DNA of 6,126 nucleotides from Candidatus Odinarchaeia archaeon (GTDB lineage Archaea; Asgardarchaeota; Odinarchaeia; Odinarchaeales; Odinarchaeaceae): NCBI GenBank assembly GCA_029856525.1, contig JAHQXC010000075.1, positions 1 to 6,126 of the forward strand, read 5' to 3'. Shown piece by piece: positions 1 to 5,718 of this stretch (position 1 is its first letter; each line of letters starts with the position of its first letter). The notes under the pieces were generated by a model. It saw only the letters and a program-made list of their open reading frames with translations, ran no database searches and was not told where the DNA came from. The position numbers and the translations under genes were made by a program.

Positions 1-420
1 GAAATCGAAGTTGAAAACTTAAAGAAGAGTGTTCAAAACTTGGAGAATACTGTTAAAGATAGATCTGCTAGACTTGAAGATTATAGGAGAGAGTTAACTG
101 GTTTAAGAGTTGAATTAGATAGGGAGCTCAGCTTACTAAAAGAGAAGCTTAAAAGCTATGAGAGCGAGATAGCTAAACTCGAGTCAACGTATAAAGCTGT
201 GAGATTTCTAGTCGAAAACAAGCTTATGAAGAACCCTGAGCTTCAAATAATTGAAAGCCTTGTAGGTAAAACCTCTTCAACCATAGACTACCTTCAGAAA
301 ACAACCCTGCTGAGAAGAGATTTCATAAAACAGGTTATTCGCAGCCTTGAAAAAAGAAGTATACTAGAATACGATGAAGAGAATGATACTATAAGAGTGC
401 TGAGAAAAATAGAGTTATAG
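1..420 (+). CDS. Coiled-coil protein with C-terminal winged-helix (wH) domain, 5'-truncated (paralog A)
   Basis: Frame 1 is open from base 1 (EIEVENLKKSVQNLENTVKDR...) to TAG at 418-420, so TTG40 is probably internal. Heptad-patterned Leu/Glu/Lys helix, then a roughly 60-aa domain (PELQIIESL...STIDYLQK...FIKQVIRSLEKRSILEYD...TIRV) with the three-helix plus beta-hairpin pattern of wH domains. Confidence 0.85.
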   Translation, partial: EIEVENLKKSVQNLENTVKDRSARLEDYRRELTGLRVELDRELSLLKEKLKSYESEIAKLESTYKAVRFLVENKLMKNPELQIIESLVGKTSSTIDYLQKTTLLRRDFIKQVIRSLEKRSILEYDEENDTIRVLRKIEL

Positions 421-427
421 GATGTGA
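420..427 (+). promoter_or_regulatory. Shine-Dalgarno-like site for ATG434
   Basis: GGATGTGA (1 mismatch to archaeal GGAGGTGA), 6 nt before ATG434. The 13-nt intergenic gap suggests an operon with paralog A. Confidence 0.5.
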
Positions 428-433
428 ACTATT

Positions 434-1165
434 ATGGAGGTTAAACGTTTAAACGATAAACTGAACGCTTTAACAAGTAATCTCATAGAAATTAGAGAGA
501 GCGTGAACGTTAAACTAGATGGTTTAAACGGGAACTTGAAGAGTCTACAAGCATATCTTGGCGAGCTTGAAAAAAAGATATCTGATAGAAGACAGGCTGG
601 AAAACAATTAGAGAACCGTGTTGAAGAGCTTAAAACCCTATTAGAGGATCTTCGAAGACAGTTAACTGAGCTTGAAGAGAACGTTAAAACTGTTAACGAG
701 AATTTAAATAATCTTAAAACCCGTGTCAGCGATGAGAAGACGAGTTTAAAAACACTTGATAAAATTCTAGAAGAGTTAAAACAAGAGGAAAACAGGTTAA
801 CAGAAGAGTCGGAGAGATTGATGAAAAATGTAGAGGAAGCGGTCTCCGAAATAAATAGTATGAGAAAGAGAAGTGAAGATGAGAAAACCCGTGTTAAACA
901 GAGTTTAGAGGAGATGGAGAGGAGGATCGGCGAGTTAAAGAGAAGAGAGGCTGTAATCGACTATCTTGCTTTCGAAGCGTCTTCAACACCTGTAGAAGCT
1001 TTTATTCTCGCAGCCTTGATTTTAAGAGGCGAGGCTTCTATAAAAGAACTGCAGGAGAGTGTGCCGCAGCCGCCTTCTATAGTGTCTAGAATCCTTCACA
1101 GCTTAGAGGAGAAAGGGTTAATAACTATTATAGGCGAGAATGTTAAGCTTAACAGGGAGATTTAG
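434..1165 (+). CDS. Long coiled-coil protein (about 170-aa rod) with C-terminal MarR/TrmB-like wH domain (paralog B)
   Basis: 243 aa. Residues 1 to about 172 form a continuous heptad pattern. The C-terminus EAFILAALILRGEASIKELQESVPQPPSIVSRILHSLEEKGLITIIGENVKL is a typical wH pattern and aligns essentially without gaps to the C-terminus of the 1-420 ORF. Confidence 0.9.
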   Translation: MEVKRLNDKLNALTSNLIEIRESVNVKLDGLNGNLKSLQAYLGELEKKISDRRQAGKQLENRVEELKTLLEDLRRQLTELEENVKTVNENLNNLKTRVSDEKTSLKTLDKILEELKQEENRLTEESERLMKNVEEAVSEINSMRKRSEDEKTRVKQSLEEMERRIGELKRREAVIDYLAFEASSTPVEAFILAALILRGEASIKELQESVPQPPSIVSRILHSLEEKGLITIIGENVKLNREI

Positions 1166-1171
1166 CTAACA

Positions 1172-1194
1172 CTTTAAAACTACTTGTTTTAAAG
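1172..1194. repeat. Perfect 9-bp inverted repeat CTTTAAAAC-tactt-GTTTTAAAG
   Basis: Read directly: left arm 1172-1180, spacer 1181-1185, right arm 1186-1194, inside the 37-nt gap upstream of the MFS gene. Confidence 0.9.
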
Positions 1195-1198
1195 GTGG
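1193..1198 (+). promoter_or_regulatory. Shine-Dalgarno-like site for the MFS gene
   Basis: AGGTGG, 4 nt before ATG1203. Confidence 0.5.
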
Positions 1199-1202
1199 TT
1201 CC

Positions 1203-2408
1203 ATGTCGAATAGAGGAGGAGATTTAAACCTTGTAGAGAAGAGAGTTTACCTTGACAGAAACCTGCAGATAATCTTCGCTGTAACGCTTATGGCTGTTTT
1301 AGGGGTTGCAAGTATTTCACCAGCTTTCCCGGTTATCGGCCCTAATCTAGGTTTAAAATACCCTTACAGCGAGTTAGGGCTGCTGATAACGTTTTTCACG
1401 CTTCCAGCTGTCTTCTTATCCCCTGTTTTCGGTGTAGCCTCTGATAAATACGGTAGGAAGAGGATATTGACACCGGCTCTTCTACTTTTCAGTTTCGCCG
1501 GAACGCTATGCGCTTTCACGGTGAGTCTTCCAGTTTTACTGATACTCAGATTCTTTCAAGGAGTAGGCGCAGCTGCGCTAGGTGTTTTAAACGTGACGAT
1601 TATAGGAGACTTATATACCGGGAAAACTAGGACCGCTGCTTTAGGCTATAATTCAAGCGTTTTAAGTTTCGGAACAGGGAGCTGGCCTCTTATAGGAGGT
1701 TTTCTAGGTTCACTCGCCTGGTTCGCGCCTTTCCTGCTTCCTTTAACAGCTCTGCCTGTAGCTTTACTAGTATTATTTAAACTAGATAACCCTGAACCTG
1801 AATGTAAACAGAGTATTAGAGACTATTTCAAGGAGACATGGAGTATAGTAAAAAAGCCTAAAATACTGGTTTTATTCACGGCTGGAGTGATGAATTTTTT
1901 CATAATATACGGGGTTTGGATAACTTTTATACCTATGCTTTTAAGCAGCGGATTCGCTTTAACCCCTTTATATATAGGTTTAGTTCAGGCCGCGGCTTCT
2001 TATATCGGCGCTGTTACTTCAACTCAGGTCGGTAGACTTGTTAAAAAATACTCGGAGTGGAGTATTCTCACATTCACTTATATATTATACGCGGTGGGTG
2101 TGGCGGTAATACCTTTCATACAGGTAATCTGGTTTATTATAATACCGGTTATATTGATAGGATTCGCTTTAGGCTTAAACGGTCCGCTTATTCAAGCTCT
2201 AGTAGCCGAGGAGACGACTATCAATCAGCGGGGTGTGATTCTTTCAAGCCTCGGTATGATGCTTAGAATCGGTCAGACCGCTGGACCTGCGATAATGGTT
2301 TTCATATCTAGTGTATTCGGTTTCAACAGTGTATTCACAGCTGGAGCTTTATTCGCTACCAGTATTCTCATCACGTTGATAGTGTTTACGAGAGTTTTTA
2401 AGCGTTGA
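1203..2408 (+). CDS. Major facilitator superfamily transporter, drug:H+ antiporter (DHA1)-like
   Basis: 401 aa, about 12 hydrophobic segments. Motif A: GVASDKYGRKR. Motif B: LRFFQGVG. Motif C (antiporter)-like: GTGSWPLIGGFL. Substrate unknown. Confidence 0.93.
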   Translation: MSNRGGDLNLVEKRVYLDRNLQIIFAVTLMAVLGVASISPAFPVIGPNLGLKYPYSELGLLITFFTLPAVFLSPVFGVASDKYGRKRILTPALLLFSFAGTLCAFTVSLPVLLILRFFQGVGAAALGVLNVTIIGDLYTGKTRTAALGYNSSVLSFGTGSWPLIGGFLGSLAWFAPFLLPLTALPVALLVLFKLDNPEPECKQSIRDYFKETWSIVKKPKILVLFTAGVMNFFIIYGVWITFIPMLLSSGFALTPLYIGLVQAAASYIGAVTSTQVGRLVKKYSEWSILTFTYILYAVGVAVIPFIQVIWFIIIPVILIGFALGLNGPLIQALVAEETTINQRGVILSSLGMMLRIGQTAGPAIMVFISSVFGFNSVFTAGALFATSILITLIVFTRVFKR

Positions 2409-2418
2409 ATTCAAAGAT

Positions 2419-2443
2419 GAGAGCCTAGTATAGGAGGCTACTC
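2419..2443. terminator. Possible hairpin between the convergent MFS and membrane-protein genes
   Basis: GAG-AGCCT-agtatagg-AGGCT-a-CTC: a 5-bp stem extendable by 3 bp across a bulge, in or overlapping the 29-nt convergent gap. No adjacent U-tract. Confidence 0.2.
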
Positions 2444-3781
2444 GCTCTCTGAGAGATGTTTTCTTAAAGCTTCTTCTATTTCATCTAGTCTGGGGAGCAC
2501 GTTATACAGTAATATTGATAGAGGATCATCTCTGAAACTCCCCCAGAAGATCTCCTCAGGGTTAAAAGGATCCTGCATTTTTAAACGGAAGATGAGGCGT
2601 GCGGATTCCTTTCTAAGATTCCATAGAACATATAGTTTTCTATCAGTTAACTGGTTTTTAGGATGATAAGGGTCGAAGGATGGGTCGACGAGCTCATAAG
2701 GATGGATCGCATAGTATAATAAGCCTGTAATCCAGAATATAAGCGGCTCAACTACTAGAGCGGCTTCCCCTATAAGTAAACCTATAAGAGAGATAGTTGA
2801 ACCTGTGAAAATCTTTGTTAGAGATGCGATTAAGAAGTCGGCTAGGAAAAAATAGAATAGGAACATGGAGGCTTTCGAGACTTCACGGTAATCTCTCTTC
2901 ATAAGACGCATAGAATGCCAGTTGTTATCGATGATAAGCTTAACGCGCTCCCCGCTCTCAGTTTTCTCTAAATATTTTTTACTGAGCAGTGTTTCACGGT
3001 CAGCGGTTCGAACAATGTAATGGAATCTATCGAATCGAATCTTCTCTATAATCCAGGAGCCGCTTTCTTTTACAAGATATATGAGAATCGGCTCGTAATC
3101 CATTTCATGCGTGGCTAGTTTAAGCTTATTCTGGAATAAACGTAGAATGAACAGGAATAATGTTAGAGATCCGAGTATTATCGGAGTCGCCGGAATCGCA
3201 GGTGAACTGTATACGCTATACTCTATCGAGGTCATCGCCGTGAAAAGTAAGCCGTGGAATATAAGCCATGTTTCATTATGTATCATTAGAAATCTTTCTT
3301 TCTCGGTTAAAACAGCTTGCAGATATGGTTTAAACCCTGATAATATGAATAGGAAGCCTATTCCAGCCACACCTGTATAGAATATGATAGGGTTAAGGCC
3401 TCCGATTAAAAGCATCATAGATATAAATGATAGTAAAGCTAGAGGGGCGACTGCGAACCAGAAGGATAAAGCTCCGCGTTGAAAAGTCCATGTTAAAATA
3501 TATATTATGCAAAGCTTAGAGTAATCTTTGTTAGCTACAATCCTATATAGGATTCCACCCCAAGCCTTAGATTTAAACTCGCTTTTCAAAGATAAACCGG
3601 CTAAAATAATCTTTGGAAAAAATATTCTAGAAAGCTCGGCTTCACTTCTAGTCACGTCTTGGAATCCTCTTCTCTTAGGCGTCCACTTACCCTCCTCGAT
3701 TACACCTATTTCACGTATCTGCTCTGCTAGACTCGGTGTAGGCCATATCTCTTTCTCAGCTTGAATAAACTCGACTTCCAT
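2438..3781 (-). CDS. Polytopic membrane protein (about 6 TM), putative NPP1/Vps62-like domain interrupted by TM inserts
   Basis: 447 aa with ATG start and SD. TM segments at about aa 105-127, 130-150, 171-188, 197-216, 306-325 and 330-359. Soluble motifs: LSRIFFPKIIL, ILYRIV, IIYILTW, THEMDYEPILIYL, IRFDRFHY, VKLIIDNNWHS. The CDS is secure; the fold assignment is pattern recognition only (about 0.5). Confidence 0.85.
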   Translation of the reverse strand: MEVEFIQAEKEIWPTPSLAEQIREIGVIEEGKWTPKRRGFQDVTRSEAELSRIFFPKIILAGLSLKSEFKSKAWGGILYRIVANKDYSKLCIIYILTWTFQRGALSFWFAVAPLALLSFISMMLLIGGLNPIIFYTGVAGIGFLFILSGFKPYLQAVLTEKERFLMIHNETWLIFHGLLFTAMTSIEYSVYSSPAIPATPIILGSLTLFLFILRLFQNKLKLATHEMDYEPILIYLVKESGSWIIEKIRFDRFHYIVRTADRETLLSKKYLEKTESGERVKLIIDNNWHSMRLMKRDYREVSKASMFLFYFFLADFLIASLTKIFTGSTISLIGLLIGEAALVVEPLIFWITGLLYYAIHPYELVDPSFDPYHPKNQLTDRKLYVLWNLRKESARLIFRLKMQDPFNPEEIFWGSFRDDPLSILLYNVLPRLDEIEEALRKHLSESE

Positions 3782-3788
3782 TAGATTA

Positions 3789-3793
3789 CACCT
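3789..3793 (-). promoter_or_regulatory. Shine-Dalgarno site for the 447-aa gene
   Basis: Minus strand reads cAGGTGtaatctaATG. Confidence 0.65.
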
Positions 3794-3832
3794 GTTTAAC
3801 CGCTCATCTTATTAGAGATTAAACTAAGATGT

Positions 3833-3868
3833 TAAAATATTTTACGCGTAGAAAACCTTATTTATAAT
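3833..3868. promoter_or_regulatory. Divergent archaeal promoter region (TATA/BRE candidates on both strands)
   Basis: Plus strand: GAAAAcc-ttaTTTATAAT (3851-3868) upstream of the ferritin-like gene. Palindromic TAAAATATTTTA (3833-3844) lies about 50 nt upstream of the minus-strand ATG3781. Confidence 0.5.
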
Positions 3869-3900
3869 ATGACGCCGAGATTTTTAAAATAAATATTATA

Positions 3901-3907
3901 GAGGTGA
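3901..3907 (+). promoter_or_regulatory. Strong Shine-Dalgarno site
   Basis: GAGGTGA, 5 nt before TTG3913, supporting the TTG start. Confidence 0.8.
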
Positions 3908-3912
3908 AGTGA

Positions 3913-4197
3913 TTGCTATCTAAGATTCCTTTAAACATTGAAAAAATTAGTTTAGAAACCGTTGACAGAGAGATTTTGAGAGTAGCGCTTATCGCAGAGC
4001 TTGACGCTGTAAACTTATACGAGCAGATGGCTGCTCTAACTAAAGATGAGAAGATTAGAAGAGTTCTTTTAGATATAGCCGGAGAAGAGAAAACACATAT
4101 AGGAGAATTTCAAACCCTACTATTAATGAAAGATAAAGAACAGGAGAAAGAGTTAGATAAAGGGAGAGAGGAGGTTAAAAAGTTAACCGGCGTCTAG
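3913..4197 (+). CDS. Ferritin-like/rubrerythrin-family protein of the encapsulated ferritin (EncFtn) type
   Basis: 94-aa two-helix half-ferritin with ILRVALIAELDAVNLYEQ and LLDIAGEEKTHIGEF. E29/Y36/E59/H62 have the spacing of the EncFtn ferroxidase residues (E32/Y39/E62/H65 in Rhodospirillum rubrum numbering). Confidence 0.9.
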   Translation: MLSKIPLNIEKISLETVDREILRVALIAELDAVNLYEQMAALTKDEKIRRVLLDIAGEEKTHIGEFQTLLLMKDKEQEKELDKGREEVKKLTGV

Positions 4198-4238
4198 CAT
4201 AAACCAGTGATAACAGGTATACGCGGCGGAGATTAAAA

Positions 4239-4661
4239 TTGTGGAGTATAATATTAGAGAATACTCGGGAAGACTTAAAGATAATCCGGTTAACAGACTG
4301 TAAAACAGTTTTCGGATCCTACACTCTGTTGAAACCTAAATTCTTCGACGACTTATATAAGCGTGTAACCTGGAAGCGGAACTATCAGAGTATGCAAGCT
4401 GTTAAAAAAGTTACTGGAGAGGATGGAGAGGATTGGAGCTCTAACTCCTGGTTTCTAATCTTAGCCAGAGATAAAAATAACTTAGACGTCTGGATGCTGA
4501 TAAAACAGGAACCGGACGGATCCGGGATAATCACAGGAATCGGCCCTGAACAGTTCACCGAGTATATTAAAAATCACAGAGACTTCCCGTTCTATGAAAC
4601 AGTTGAAGCGATTATAAGATCCCCTGGTAAATGGAGTAGAATACTGGTTTTAGTTAACTGA
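4239..4661 (+). CDS. Hypothetical soluble alpha/beta protein (140 aa, 6 Trp)
   Basis: Clean ORF with normal globular composition. GGAG (4228-4231) precedes TTG4239. Starts 41 nt after the ferritin-like gene. No family recognised. Confidence 0.75.
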   Translation: MWSIILENTREDLKIIRLTDCKTVFGSYTLLKPKFFDDLYKRVTWKRNYQSMQAVKKVTGEDGEDWSSNSWFLILARDKNNLDVWMLIKQEPDGSGIITGIGPEQFTEYIKNHRDFPFYETVEAIIRSPGKWSRILVLVN

Positions 4662-4714
4662 AAACTATTTGAATCCGATCAGAAAATCACACTAAACATG
4701 CCGGATAAGTAAAA

Positions 4715-4722
4715 TTTATATA
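4715..4722 (+). promoter_or_regulatory. TATA box for the small ORF at 4749
   Basis: TTTATATA with a purine-rich upstream element (GGATAAGTAAAA), ending 26 nt before ATG4749; leaderless-transcript geometry. Confidence 0.6.
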
Positions 4723-4748
4723 TTCTCCGAGAACTATATTCTAACAGT

Positions 4749-4904
4749 ATGTTCGATTTAATAATAGATGACGGTAGAAAAATAGTCTCCTACTGTGACG
4801 CTTACCTGCTAGAATTAGAAGAGTTAAATAAAAAGCTTATAGAAGATAAGAAAACAGTTTTAATCGATAATCTTAAACTAGAATCCGAAGAGTTTCAAAT
4901 TTAA
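4749..4904 (+). CDS. Small hypothetical protein (51 aa), not in the ORF track
   Basis: Hand translation: MFDLIIDDGRKIVSYCDAYLLELEELNKKLIEDKKTVLIDNLKLESEEFQI*. It fills an otherwise empty gap, has a TATA box at the right distance, and its TAA overlaps the stop of the convergent minus ORF (TTAA 4901-4904). Confidence 0.6.
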   Translation: MFDLIIDDGRKIVSYCDAYLLELEELNKKLIEDKKTVLIDNLKLESEEFQI

Positions 4905-5179
4905 ACTCTAAGCCAGAACCTGCTTCTATCCAAGCTAACAACAAGTAGAATATCATCCGCGAGTTTAACAGGGAACACGTATAATCCGCTAAATAAATTC
5001 TTATAAGCTACACTAAAACCCGGCTCAGCCTCCACATCCAGTATAATCTTTTTAAAATCCTCGTCTACAATATGCTCATCTATTAAAGCTAACGCTTCCC
5101 TTCTACTCAGCTCCCTGAAAAATAAACTAGTTAAATCCCCGCTCAAACAAACCGCCACTTCTCTAAAAACTATAAACAA
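4901..5179 (-). CDS. Hypothetical 92-aa protein, possible small alpha/beta (longin/PAS/Roadblock-like) fold
   Basis: TTG start. Apparent beta-beta-alpha-alpha-beta-beta-beta pattern ending GLYVFPVKLADDILLVVSLD. The start is uncertain: the frame stays open upstream to 5251 with no ATG/GTG/TTG. Confidence 0.6.
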   Translation of the reverse strand: MFIVFREVAVCLSGDLTSLFFRELSRREALALIDEHIVDEDFKKIILDVEAEPGFSVAYKNLFSGLYVFPVKLADDILLVVSLDRSRFWLRV

Positions 5180-5255
5180 ACTTAAAATATCTAAAAAAAT
5201 ATTACCTATAACAAATATTAAAAGAATTCTAAAAAATAAAGGAAAGAGGCTTCAC

Positions 5256-5648
5256 ATGTTAAAATACACTTCAAAAGACTTAGAAGACACTTTAACAGAG
5301 CTTAATAAAACTGGAAAATTCAAAGCAAGCGTGATCACTAATGAAAACGGTTTCCCGATAGCTTCAGCGATGGAAACAAACACTGATGAAGAATACATAG
5401 CCGCAGCAGGCCCCTCAGTTCACAACATCGTGCAGCAAACACTCAACACTATTAAACTAGGAAAAGCTAAAGACATAGTGATCCGCGCTGAGAACGGCTA
5501 CCTAGTAATTAAAACACTTGCCACAAAGAATAGCGGAGACTACATACTCGCAATAATATCGAAGACAGGAGCCAACTGGCTTGACGAAGACGTTTTAAAC
5601 ACGATAAACAAGATAAAAGAAATCTTAGACAGTTTAGGATGCGCTTAA
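5256..5648 (+). CDS. Roadblock/LC7 (MglB/LAMTOR-like) domain protein
   Basis: 130 aa with the canonical pattern: helix LEDTLTEL, ASVITNENGFPIAS, DEEYIAAA helix, KDIVIRAENGYLVI hairpin, YILAII strand, final helix. GAGG upstream of the ATG. Confidence 0.92.
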   Translation: MLKYTSKDLEDTLTELNKTGKFKASVITNENGFPIASAMETNTDEEYIAAAGPSVHNIVQQTLNTIKLGKAKDIVIRAENGYLVIKTLATKNSGDYILAIISKTGANWLDEDVLNTINKIKEILDSLGCA

Positions 5649-5650
5649 AC

Positions 5651-5655
5651 TTTTT
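5651..5655 (+). terminator. Possible archaeal T-tract terminator
   Basis: TTTTT begins 2 nt after the Roadblock stop codon. Confidence 0.3.
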
Positions 5656-5685
5656 GGAAAACTTAAAATAACCACCGATCACTAA

Positions 5686-5694
5686 TATATATAA
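5686..5694 (+). promoter_or_regulatory. TATA box for the ORF at 5719
   Basis: TATATATAA ending 24 nt before ATG5719, with no SD; leaderless geometry. Confidence 0.55.
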
Positions 5695-5718
5695 TCGAAA
5701 ATTAACGGATAGACCTTT

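Noticed and set aside
40..42. TTG40 as the start of the first ORF
   Set aside because: The frame is open and continues the heptad pattern back to base 1, and there is no SD. The gene starts upstream of the window.
785..800. Shared AAAACAGGTTAA-containing sequence at about 789-800 and 6059-6070
   Set aside because: Both encode E(K)NRL in Glu/Lys-rich coiled coils with limited codon choice; too short to indicate a repeat element.
1..1165. Calling the coiled-coil genes SMC/Rad50 or ESCRT-III (CdvB/Snf7)
   Set aside because: No Walker A/B, signature, hinge or zinc-hook motif in the visible sequence, and the rod is a long continuous heptad run rather than the Snf7 helical hairpin with a MIM linker.
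2057..2266. 69-aa plus-strand ORF in the track
   Set aside because: Fully nested in another frame of the well-supported MFS gene, with no recognisable features.
3111..3380. 89-aa plus-strand ORF
   Set aside because: Antisense shadow of the 447-aa membrane protein; no SD or motif.
3528..3764. 78-aa plus-strand ORF
   Set aside because: Antisense shadow of the 447-aa membrane protein.
3805..3831. Imperfect inverted repeat CATCTT...AAGATG with inner TTAG-N8-CTAA as a DtxR/IdeR iron box
   Set aside because: The DtxR consensus has TTAG-N11-CTAA spacing, and short AT-rich arms are expected by chance.
4698..4726. dif-like arrangement ATGCCGGATAA-GTAAAAT-TTATATATTCT near the skew flip
   Set aside because: The spacer is 7 nt rather than 6, the arms are not inverted repeats beyond ATAA/TTAT, and the right arm is explained by the TATA box. 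Revisit only if contig skew shows a terminus here.
5634..5648. C-terminal ...LGCA of the Roadblock protein as a prenylation signal
   Set aside because: Cys is penultimate, so it fits neither CaaX nor CC/CXC.
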